Program-made: the position numbers and the translations under genes
Part shown: positions 10,068-17,417 of the stretch, one piece after another
Layout of the letters: every line of letters begins with the position of its first letter
Position numbering within the stretch: the stretch's first letter is position 1
Assembly (NCBI GenBank): GCA_964640155.1
Contig: CAZXEQ010000002.1
Span: 420,001-452,000, forward strand
Length of the DNA: 32,000 bases
DNA from: an uncultured bacterium
GTDB taxonomy: Bacteria; Auribacterota; JACPWU01
Reading direction: 5' to 3'
Notes under the pieces: generated by a model
The model's database searches: none
Told to the model about the DNA's origin: nothing
Seen by the model: the letters and a program-made list of their open reading frames with translations, nothing else

Positions 10068-10101
10068 ATTAATCCATTCTAATTGAAAAGTACATTGGGA
10101 A

Positions 10102-11667
10102 TTGGCCATTGTGGATTATAGAGAACATAAAATTTTTTCTTTCCTTTTTTCTGTATTTTATCCCCGAACGATCGTTCTTCTTTTTTGTTTCTTTTTAAGT
10201 ACTTCTTTTGTTTTTTCAGAAGGAACTGAAACGGTTGCTTCTCCCTTAGAAGCAGATGCTTATTCTCATTTTTGTCGCGGAGTTCTTTATGAACGAGATA
10301 AAGAATGGGGAAAGGCTCTTCAAGAATTTCAAGAAGCCTTAAAATATGATCCTAAAGCGGGGGGAATTTATGTTAAATGTGGGTCTCTTTTTCTTAAACT
10401 CAAAAAAGTAGATCAGGCGATTTTAGAATTTCAAAAAGCCCTCAGTGCTTCGTATGAAATTCCCTATATGATTCATTTTCTCTTAGGAGTTGCTTATCAT
10501 TCTAATCAACAATGGGATCAGGCCATTTCTGAATATCAAAAGGTCATCACTCTTGAACCTACGCATGTAGGCTCGTATATTTCTCTGGCAGATCTCTATT
10601 ATCAACGCTCTGATCTTTTGAGCGCTCAAGCTTATTTAGAGAAAGGGGTTGGGCAAATGCCGGATATGCCTGTTCTCTGGTTTAAACTGGGACTAATTTA
10701 TGGAAAAGAAAAGAAGTTTAAAGAGGCCATTGATGCTGTTAAAAAGGCAGTTGATCTTAAAGAGCATTGGATGGAGGCACGCTTAAGTCTTGCTCTTTTT
10801 TATGAAGCAGTAGAGGAAAAAAAACAAGCACTTCGTGAATATGAAGAGATTTTAAAAATTGCTCCGCTGAATATTCCTGTTTATCGTCGTATGGCAACTC
10901 TCTATCATGCACAAGGGGAGACAGACAAAGCAGAAAAAATTTATCAACTTTTAAAAGATCTTTATCCCGAGGATGCAATCAACTTTGTTGCTTTGGGCTA
11001 TTTGGCTATTAAAAAAGGAAAGCCAGACGTTGCTATTCAGATTTTGGAAGAAGCTCGGCTCAAGAAAGTAGGTTCTGTAGAACTTTATTTTTTGCTGGGA
11101 TTGGCCTACGAAGCGAAACAATCTTTTGCTCAGGCTGTAGAGATTTATAAGCAAGGGATGCAATTATACGGAGAAAATGATCAGTTGAATTTTCATATTG
11201 GGAATTGTTTTTATGAACAGGGACAAGTGATTCAAGCGGAAACTTTTCTTCAAAAAGCGATACAATTAAATCCTAAAAATGCGGATGCCCTGAATTGTCT
11301 AGGTTATCTTTGGGCTGATCGGGGGCTTCATTTGAAAGAAGCGACAGAACTGATTCAAAGAGCACTTGTCCTTGACCCCAACGAGGGTGCGTATCTGGAT
11401 AGTTTGGGTTGGGTCTACTACAAATCTAGAATGCTCAAAGATTCTGTAGAAGTTTTAAAAAAAGCTGTGAAACTTATGCCTGATGATGCATTAATCCGAT
11501 CTCATTTGGGAGATGCTTATTTTGAAGATGGTCAATGGTCTGAAGCTTTGATCGAATGGGGGAAATCTCTTGAACTTACCCCCGCCAATGAAAGTCTCAA
11601 GAAAAAAGTAGAAGAAATTCGTAAAAAACAAGCGAACTCATATCATGAAAAAAATCATCACTCTTAA
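10102..11667 (+). CDS. Tetratricopeptide-repeat (TPR) protein with an N-terminal signal/anchor
   Basis: It has a hydrophobic N-terminus (IVLLFCFFLSTSFVFS). More than 10 TPR-like 34-aa units with W/Y..A...Y..AL..DP periodicity follow. The start (TTG 10102 or GTG 10111) is uncertain. Confidence 0.75.
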   Translation: MAIVDYREHKIFSFLFSVFYPRTIVLLFCFFLSTSFVFSEGTETVASPLEADAYSHFCRGVLYERDKEWGKALQEFQEALKYDPKAGGIYVKCGSLFLKLKKVDQAILEFQKALSASYEIPYMIHFLLGVAYHSNQQWDQAISEYQKVITLEPTHVGSYISLADLYYQRSDLLSAQAYLEKGVGQMPDMPVLWFKLGLIYGKEKKFKEAIDAVKKAVDLKEHWMEARLSLALFYEAVEEKKQALREYEEILKIAPLNIPVYRRMATLYHAQGETDKAEKIYQLLKDLYPEDAINFVALGYLAIKKGKPDVAIQILEEARLKKVGSVELYFLLGLAYEAKQSFAQAVEIYKQGMQLYGENDQLNFHIGNCFYEQGQVIQAETFLQKAIQLNPKNADALNCLGYLWADRGLHLKEATELIQRALVLDPNEGAYLDSLGWVYYKSRMLKDSVEVLKKAVKLMPDDALIRSHLGDAYFEDGQWSEALIEWGKSLELTPANESLKKKVEEIRKKQANSYHEKNHHS

Positions 11668-12511
11668 ATCTTATGCAAAGGTTAATCTTTTTCTTGAAAT
11701 TGTTGGGAAAAGACCAGATGGATATCATGATTTAGAAACACTTTTTCAGGAAATCAGTTTAGCTGATGACTTGACCCTCAGTGTTTTAGAAAAACCTGAA
11801 ATACAGATTCAAACTGATTCTTTGGATATTCCGACGGATAAAACCAATTTAGTCTATCGGGCTACAGAAGCTTTTTTGAAAGAAACCGGTGTTTCAAAAG
11901 GGGTGCAAATCCATCTAACGAAACGAATTCCGGTGGGAGGGGGATTGGGGGGAGGTTCCAGCAATGCGGCCGCTACATTAGAAGGCTTAGAGCAGCTTTT
12001 TGGCATTTCTTTGCCTGAGGCAAAAAGTTTAGAGATCTCTAAAGGTTTGGGTGCTGATGTTGCCTTCTTTTTGAAAGGGGGTGCAGCGATGGGGTCTGGG
12101 ATTGGGGAAAAACTGGAACCTCTGAAAAAGAAAAAATCTTTTTCCCTGATTCTTGTCAATCCTGGTTTTAAAATTTCAACTGCCGATGTCTATCGAAGTT
12201 TGAGATCAACTTTTAATCAACCTCGACATAGTGCTTTTTCTATAAGAGAAGCGTTTAATCAAGGGGACATTCAAGCGATGGGAGAGAATCTTTTTAATCG
12301 TTTGGAAGAGCCTGTTTTTGAGCATTTCCCCCAATTGATTAGAATTAAAAATCTTTTAAAAGAGGCAGGTTGTTTAGGATCTTTACTTTCAGGGAGTGGT
12401 TCTACGCTTTTTGGAATTACAACAGATGAAACAAAAGCACTCGCTATCAAAAAAATTGTAGAAGATGAGTTGGATGAAAAATGTTGGACTGCGATTTGTC
12501 AGGGATTGTGA
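11645..12511 (+). CDS. ispE: 4-diphosphocytidyl-2-C-methyl-D-erythritol kinase
   Basis: The N-terminus is AKVNLFLEIVGKRPDGYHDL. The GHMP-kinase motif PVGGGLGGGSSNAAA is present. It overlaps the TPR gene by 23 nt. Confidence 0.9.
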   Translation: MKKIITLKSYAKVNLFLEIVGKRPDGYHDLETLFQEISLADDLTLSVLEKPEIQIQTDSLDIPTDKTNLVYRATEAFLKETGVSKGVQIHLTKRIPVGGGLGGGSSNAAATLEGLEQLFGISLPEAKSLEISKGLGADVAFFLKGGAAMGSGIGEKLEPLKKKKSFSLILVNPGFKISTADVYRSLRSTFNQPRHSAFSIREAFNQGDIQAMGENLFNRLEEPVFEHFPQLIRIKNLLKEAGCLGSLLSGSGSTLFGITTDETKALAIKKIVEDELDEKCWTAICQGL

Positions 12512-12553
12512 TATAATGTTCTAGAGTGGATTTTTCAACATGGGAGACAAACC

Positions 12554-12937
12554 ATGGAAATCACCGAAGTTAAAGTCTACATTAAAAACTCCAGAGACAG
12601 TAAACTCAAAGCTTTTGTAACCGTTACTTTTGATGATGTTTTTGTTGTTCATGATCTTAAGGTGATAGAAGGTAAAAAGGGGCTTTTCATTGCGATGCCC
12701 AGCGTCAAGATGAAGGAACCTTGTCCAAAATGTTCGAGAAAGATTTATGTTCGAAGTAAATTTTGCTCTGAGTGCGGGGCTAAGCTTCCTGAACCTCATC
12801 ATCGAAATGATGAAGAAGAGCAACAGGATCATAAAGATTTAGCTCATCCGATTACTTCTGAAATGAGAGACATCATTCGTCAGAAAGTGTTAGCAGCCTA
12901 TGAAGAAGAAAAAAGTATAGAAGAAGGAAAGCATTAA
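12554..12937 (+). CDS. spoVG: SpoVG-family protein carrying an internal zinc-ribbon insertion
   Basis: The SpoVG core is MEITEVKV...KLKAFVTVTFDDVFVVHDLKVIEGKKGLFIAMPS and DLAHPITSEMRDIIRQKVLAAYEE. An insertion of roughly 40 aa interrupts it and contains CPKC-X11-CSEC. Confidence 0.85.
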   Translation: MEITEVKVYIKNSRDSKLKAFVTVTFDDVFVVHDLKVIEGKKGLFIAMPSVKMKEPCPKCSRKIYVRSKFCSECGAKLPEPHHRNDEEEQQDHKDLAHPITSEMRDIIRQKVLAAYEEEKSIEEGKH

Positions 12938-12996
12938 TTTTTGGTCGGCTATTCCTGCCTCATTGTTTCTTTTTGCTGCGGAGTAAACCTCTTTCT

Positions 12997-13025
12997 TTGA
13001 CTTCATCCATTTTAGTAAATATAAA
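12997..13025 (+). promoter_or_regulatory. Near-consensus sigma70-type promoter of unknown function
   Basis: TTGACT (12997-13002), exactly 17 nt, then TATAAA(T) (13020-13026). No annotated + strand gene follows before glmU at 13496. Confidence 0.35.
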
Positions 13026-13164
13026 TTTACAACCAGGCTTAGATTAAAGATGATAGAGAGACTTTTACTTGAATATGAGGTGGTAAGAAGTTTTAGGATA
13101 ATGAGAACAGGAATACTTTATTTTCTCTATGCTCTAAACACTACACCCTATTCCCTATAGTAAA

Positions 13165-13320
13165 ATTGCCCGGCCAGCCTGTCCGCCTCTGGCGGAGACT
13201 CGACGCCTCAGACTACGGTCGGCCATTCGGCCTTCCAAGAGATCGAGCCGATATATATCGGCTCATTAGAAGAGAGTCAGGCCTCTTTTCAAGTCCTGGG
13301 GGTTGCGTAGAAGAGCGAAA
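13165..13320. other. GC-rich structured island next to tRNA-Gln (candidate ncRNA or integration scar)
   Basis: GC content rises sharply against AT-rich flanks. Hairpins are TCCGCC-TCT-GGCGGA (13182-13196), GGCC-ATTC-GGCC (13221-13232), and a 20-nt perfect palindrome GAGCCGATATATATCGGCTC (13245-13264). The island begins with ATTGCCCGGCCAG, a 13-nt copy of the tRNA-Gln 3' end. Confidence 0.35.
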
Positions 13321-13365
13321 AGAACTATTAATGCTAGAAGGTTTTTAGAGTGTAAGACGAAAGCA

Positions 13366-13436
13366 TTGCCCGGCCAGGACTCGAACCTGGAAACGCAGAC
13401 CCAAATTCTGCTGTGTTACCATTACACTACCGGGCA
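13366..13436 (-). tRNA. tRNA-Gln (anticodon UUG)
   Basis: The reverse complement folds as a cloverleaf. The parts are acceptor TGCCCGG/CCGGGCA (U1-A72, typical of bacterial tRNA-Gln), D arm GTGT-AATGGTA-ACAC, and anticodon arm GCAGA-ATTTGGG-TCTGC (UUG). The T arm is CCAGG-TTCGAGT-CCTGG and the discriminator is A. No CCA is encoded. Confidence 0.88.
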
Positions 13437-13466
13437 GTTAAAGCAGCTTGAGAAAATAGTGCCAAT

Positions 13467-13494
13467 AGTATAAATGAGAAGTCAAGGGGATCAA
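13467..13494 (-). promoter_or_regulatory. Putative promoter for tRNA-Gln
   Basis: The minus strand reads TTGATC (13489-13494), 16 nt, then TATACT (13467-13472), about 30 nt upstream of the tRNA 5' end. This rests on pattern match only. Confidence 0.25.
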
Positions 13495-13495
13495 A

Positions 13496-14791
13496 GTGGA
13501 AAGTAAAAAAAATATTGTTCGTCCGATTATTGGGCTAGTCCTTGCAGCAGGTCTTGGAACACGAATGAAGTCTTCACTTCCCAAGGTTCTTCATTCTTTG
13601 CTGGGCCGATCCATGCTTGCCAGGGCGGTAGATGTATTAACCCAATTAGGGATTGAGCGTAAAGTTATTGTGGTAGGACCTGCTACAGAAGCCTTAATTA
13701 AGAAGCAATTTCCATTAGGAGTGGAGTTTGCTTTTCAAGAAAAACAGCTTGGAACAGCCCATGCGGTCTTGTCTACCAAGCCTCTATTAGAAAATTGGGA
13801 AGGAGATGTTTTAATTCTTTGCGCGGATACCCCGCTTTTAACTTTTGAAACATTGAAAAAATGTGTTGAAAAACATCGCGAAGGTCACTACTATGGGACG
13901 GTTTTGACTGGCCAATTAGAGGATTCGACCGGTTACGGACGTATTGTTCGAGATGGATTGGGTCATGTCATCAAGATTGTAGAAGAAGCTCAGGCTACGG
14001 AAGTTGAGAGAAAAATCCGGGAAGTCAATTCTGGGACTTATTGTTTTCAGTGGCCTGTTTTGAGTTCAAGTTTGAGTGAAGTAAAGATACATCCGGATAA
14101 AAATGAACTTTATTTGACGGATGTTGTTGAAGTCATGATTTCTCAAAAGAAGGCTTTTGGGGCTTTTTGCGTGGAGAAGGCAGAAGAGGTTATGGGAATT
14201 AATTCTCGTCGTCAATTGGCCGAAGCCAATCGTATTTTAAGGCAAAGGGTTTTAGATAGATTGATGGATTCGGGTGTGACGATTGTGGATCCTCAGACGA
14301 CCTTTATTGATGAGACAGTCGTGATCGGACAAGATACCGTTGTTCATCCTTTCACAGTCATTGAAGGCGAAGTTGTGATTGGTAAGAATTGTGAGATTGG
14401 CCCTTTTGCTCATATTCGGGGGGGGACTCTTTTGAAGGACAGAGTCGAAATTGGAAATTTTGTAGAGGTAAAAGCTTCAGAGTTGCAAGAGCATGTGAAG
14501 GCCAAGCATTTGACTTATTTAGGAAATGCAGTGATTGGTCAAAATGTAAATGTTGGGGCAGGGACCATTACAGCTAATTATGATGGTCAGAAAAAACATA
14601 AAACAGTTATTGAAGATAAAGCGTTTATTGGAAGTGGAACCATTTTAGTAGCTCCTGTTTCTGTAGGAAAAGGGGCAATTACGGGTGCTGGAGCTGTTGT
14701 CACACGAGGCAAGGATGTCCCAGCAGATGCAACAGTGATTGGTGTTCCTGCAAAAATTTTGAATAAAGGTAATGGGAAGAAATCCAAATGA
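13496..14791 (+). CDS. glmU: Bifunctional UDP-N-acetylglucosamine diphosphorylase / glucosamine-1-phosphate N-acetyltransferase
   Basis: The N-terminal nucleotidyltransferase motif LAAGLGTRMKS is present. The C-terminal region is a left-handed beta-helix of hexapeptide repeats (IGKNCEIGPFAHIR..., IGQNVNVGAGTIT...). It starts at GTG after AAGGGGA. Confidence 0.9.
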   Translation: MESKKNIVRPIIGLVLAAGLGTRMKSSLPKVLHSLLGRSMLARAVDVLTQLGIERKVIVVGPATEALIKKQFPLGVEFAFQEKQLGTAHAVLSTKPLLENWEGDVLILCADTPLLTFETLKKCVEKHREGHYYGTVLTGQLEDSTGYGRIVRDGLGHVIKIVEEAQATEVERKIREVNSGTYCFQWPVLSSSLSEVKIHPDKNELYLTDVVEVMISQKKAFGAFCVEKAEEVMGINSRRQLAEANRILRQRVLDRLMDSGVTIVDPQTTFIDETVVIGQDTVVHPFTVIEGEVVIGKNCEIGPFAHIRGGTLLKDRVEIGNFVEVKASELQEHVKAKHLTYLGNAVIGQNVNVGAGTITANYDGQKKHKTVIEDKAFIGSGTILVAPVSVGKGAITGAGAVVTRGKDVPADATVIGVPAKILNKGNGKKSK

Positions 14792-15723
14792 AAGAATTTG
14801 TTGTGTTTTCAGGAAGTTCGAATCCAGATTTAGCTAAAAAAATAGCAGAATATTTGAAAGTTCCCGTTGGGGAACTGGACATTTCAAGATTTAGCGAAGG
14901 CGAAATCTTTGTTCGTATTAAACAAGATATTCGTGGGCGTGATGTTTTTCTTGTGCAATCGACTTGCCCTCCTCCCAATGAAAACATGATGGAACTTTTG
15001 ATTATTATGGATGCCATTCGTCGAGCTTCTGCAGCTCGTTTGACGGTGGTATTACCTTATTTTGGGTATGCAAGACAAGATCGTAAAGATCAACCCAGAG
15101 TTCCCATTACTGCAAAACTAGTTGCAAATTTGATTACTGCTGCAGGAGCAGATCGCGTTTTGACCATGGATTTGCATGCAGATCAGATTCAAGGTTTTTT
15201 TGATATTCCTTTAGATCATTTGTTTTCGGCTCCTGTTTTTATTAATTATTTAAGAGAACTTAAATTAAAAAACATGGTTATTGTCACCCCTGACGTAGGT
15301 GGTATTAAACGTGCGCGCGCCTTTGCAACTCGATTGGGAGCTGATTTAGCAATTGTAGATAAACGTCGAGTGAATGCTGTGAATGCAGAAGTATTACATC
15401 TGATTGGAGATGTAAAAGGTAAAACGGCCATTATTGTAGACGACATGATTGCGACAGCAGGATCATTGGCTGAAGCTGTTAAAATTGTTCATGAGAATGG
15501 AGCCAGTGAAATTTATGCGACAGGAGCGCATGCAGTGCTTTCGGGACCTGCCATTGAAAGAATTCAAAAAGCTCAATTAAAAGAATTGTTGGTTACCGAT
15601 AGTATTCCGATTGGCGATAAACAAAAAAATGGGAAAATACGCGTACTCACTGTTGCTGGACTCTTGGGAGAAGCGATCAGGCGTATTCATGAGAATGAGT
15701 CTGTAAGCTCTCTATTCATGTAA
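14788..15723 (+). CDS. prs: Ribose-phosphate pyrophosphokinase
   Basis: It carries YFGYARQDRK, DLHADQIQGFFDIP and the PRPP-binding loop IIVDDMIATAGS. Its ATGA overlaps the glmU stop. Confidence 0.95.
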   Translation: MKEFVVFSGSSNPDLAKKIAEYLKVPVGELDISRFSEGEIFVRIKQDIRGRDVFLVQSTCPPPNENMMELLIIMDAIRRASAARLTVVLPYFGYARQDRKDQPRVPITAKLVANLITAAGADRVLTMDLHADQIQGFFDIPLDHLFSAPVFINYLRELKLKNMVIVTPDVGGIKRARAFATRLGADLAIVDKRRVNAVNAEVLHLIGDVKGKTAIIVDDMIATAGSLAEAVKIVHENGASEIYATGAHAVLSGPAIERIQKAQLKELLVTDSIPIGDKQKNGKIRVLTVAGLLGEAIRRIHENESVSSLFM

Positions 15724-15771
15724 TAAAAATAAATTTAGTAATATAAATAGAAATTAGGAAGGAGATTTAAA

Positions 15772-16509
15772 ATGGCTGATATTTCAATTGAAGTGCAATC
15801 AAGAGAAGAAAAAGGTAAGGCGGTGCGTCATCTAAGAAAGGGTGGCTTTATTCCAGCTGTGGTTTATGGGGCTGGGAAAGAGGGTCTTTCTGTGAAGGTG
15901 AATGAAAAGGATTTTGTGACGGCTCTTAAGGGTCATTCGATTGAAAACTTAATCGTTAAGTTGAAATCTCCTGAGCAAAAAGGAAAAAAAGAAGGCAAGC
16001 CTGTTTTGATTCGACAGGTTCAAGTAGATCCTTTGAAAGACAAGGTCATTCATGTAGATTTTCTGGAAATTTCTCTCGAGAAAAAACTGAAAACAAAAGT
16101 ACATGTCGAGCATATTGGAGAACCCATTGGTGTGGCTCAAGAAGGTGGTATTTTGGAATGTACTTTACGTGAAATTGAAATTGAATGTCTTCCTATGAGT
16201 ATTCCAGAGTCTATTGTTGTTGATGTTTCAGCTCTCGCAATTGGGCATACACTTTTTGTCAGAGACATTAAGCCCGTTGAAGGTGTGAGCATTTTAACCA
16301 GTCCTGATCTCAGCGTTTTCTCAGTTGCAGCTCCTAAGATGGAAGAAGAAGTTCCGAAAGAAGCTGAAATTACTGAACCTGAAGTTATTGGTAAGAAGAA
16401 AGATGTTGAGGGTGAGGCTGCTGAAGGAGCTCCTGCTGAAAAGGGAGCTGACAAAGCTGCTGAGAAAAAAGCTCCAGAAGCAAAGGGAACAACGGACAAG
16501 AAGAAATAA
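15772..16509 (+). CDS. rplY: 50S ribosomal protein L25 / general stress protein Ctc (long form)
   Basis: The N-terminus has R.GKG..R.LR..G.IPAVVYG. The beta-barrel domain is followed by an acidic/lysine-rich low-complexity tail. AGGAAGGAG precedes the ATG. Confidence 0.9.
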   Translation: MADISIEVQSREEKGKAVRHLRKGGFIPAVVYGAGKEGLSVKVNEKDFVTALKGHSIENLIVKLKSPEQKGKKEGKPVLIRQVQVDPLKDKVIHVDFLEISLEKKLKTKVHVEHIGEPIGVAQEGGILECTLREIEIECLPMSIPESIVVDVSALAIGHTLFVRDIKPVEGVSILTSPDLSVFSVAAPKMEEEVPKEAEITEPEVIGKKKDVEGEAAEGAPAEKGADKAAEKKAPEAKGTTDKKK

Positions 16510-16572
16510 TAAAAGTTGTATCCCCTTCGGGGACTATCCTTACAGAACTATAAAAGATTGGAAAAACTTGTC

Positions 16573-16616
16573 TTGTCGTTCGTGAAGCATGAAGCGACAC
16601 GAACGACAATTTTTTT
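16573..16616 (+). terminator. Intrinsic terminator after rplY
   Basis: A perfect 12-bp stem, TTGTCGTTCGTG(16573-16584)/CACGAACGACAA(16598-16609), is followed by a T7 run. A small TCCCC-TTCG-GGGGA hairpin lies just upstream. Confidence 0.8.
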
Positions 16617-16682
16617 AGAAATAGTTTTACGAGATCTTTGCCGAGGTGGATGTGCCTCTGGCTCAGAATTACAAGGTTTTTA

Positions 16683-17267
16683 ATGAAACTCATCGTCGGT
16701 CTTGGCAATCCAGGAGAGAAGTATCAGGATTCTCGGCATAATATTGGTTTTTGGGTTATAGATGAGTTGGCTCAAAAACACGAGCTTCGCTTCCAAAAAA
16801 ATTCTGAATATGAAAGCTTAATTGCCCGAGGAACTCTTTCAGATCGAGACTTTCTTCTAGCCAAGCCCATGACTTATATGAATCAAAGTGGGAGAGCCTT
16901 CTCAAAGTTATTAACTGCTTTTAATATTTTACCTACCGATACTCTGGTGATTCTCGATGATATTTTTTTGAATGTGGGATATCTTCGATTTCGTTTAAAA
17001 GGAACTGCAGGGGGGCATCGAGGGTTAGAATCTATTTTAGCTTTTTGTTCTCAAGAGCCTATTGCCCGTCTTCGATTAGGGGTTGGATTTCCAGAAAATC
17101 AATCCCAAGGCTGGTCAGATCATGTTTTAGGTTCTTTCCAAAAAGACGATTTGGATAAAGTTCAAAGAATGGTTTCACGATCGGCAGACATCGTGAAGAC
17201 CTTTATTACAGAAGGTTCTGAAGCTGCACAAAAATGGTTGGGAGATTCGCAGTCAAAAAAAGATTAG
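16683..17267 (+). CDS. pth: Peptidyl-tRNA hydrolase
   Basis: The canonical N-terminus MKLIVGLGNPG..Y..SRHNIGF begins at the ATG at 16683. The ORF-track start at 16638 adds 15 non-homologous residues and overlaps the upstream terminator region. Confidence 0.9.
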   Translation: MKLIVGLGNPGEKYQDSRHNIGFWVIDELAQKHELRFQKNSEYESLIARGTLSDRDFLLAKPMTYMNQSGRAFSKLLTAFNILPTDTLVILDDIFLNVGYLRFRLKGTAGGHRGLESILAFCSQEPIARLRLGVGFPENQSQGWSDHVLGSFQKDDLDKVQRMVSRSADIVKTFITEGSEAAQKWLGDSQSKKD

Positions 17268-17403
17268 AAATAATTTCTTCAGATATACTCAGTTTTCCCA
17301 CCGAGGAAACTTCGTCCGATGATTCGGTTTGCTCGCCCCGATATTCATCGGGGTACCATGGCCGCAAACCTCATCAACGATCTTCAAAAATTATTTCTAA
17401 TCT
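17261..17403. other. Structured GC-rich island enclosed by 16-nt perfect inverted repeats (candidate ncRNA, MITE-like element or complex bidirectional terminator)
   Basis: AGATTAGAAATAATTT (17261-17276, overlapping the pth stop) pairs with AAATTATTTCTAATCT (17388-17403). Inside are hairpins CGAGG-AAA-CTTCG (17302-17314), CCGA-TGAT-TCGG (17316-17327) and CCCCGAT-ATTC-ATCGGGG (17336-17353). Confidence 0.35.
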
Positions 17404-17417
17404 TTTAAAAAGTGTCC

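Noticed and set aside
13166-13348. 60-aa ORF (MPGQPVRLWRRLDASDYGRPFGLPRDRADIYRL...) covering the GC-rich island
   Set aside because: It has a TTG start and no RBS. Its Arg/Gly/Pro-rich composition simply mirrors GC-rich hairpin DNA, and the frame runs straight through perfect palindromes. Structural RNA or DNA explains it better.
13160-13365. Whether the island next to tRNA-Gln is tmRNA, SRP/4.5S RNA, RNase P RNA or a second tRNA
   Set aside because: I found no GGGG...CCACCA tRNA-Ala-like ends and no T-arm (GGTTCGANTCC) for tmRNA. There is no GGAA-tetraloop/AGCAGCC helix-8 motif for SRP RNA and no GAGGAAAGTCCGGGC or ACAGAACCCGGCTTA blocks for RNase P. The segment preceding the duplicated acceptor end cannot form a 7-nt T-loop, so it is not an intact tRNA.
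16638-16682. Upstream extension of pth proposed by the ORF track (MPRWMCLWLRITRFL...)
   Set aside because: The universally conserved Pth N-terminus MKLIVGLGNPG starts at 16683. The extension begins only ~20 nt after the rplY terminator and has no homology.
15949-16708. Several overlapping ORFs (15949-16140, 16137-16499, 16325-16585, 16385-16708) around the 3' half of rplY
   Set aside because: They are alternative frames of the rplY coding region, mainly its Lys/Glu/Ala-rich low-complexity tail. They produce repetitive K/L/R or S/A strings and carry no independent signals.
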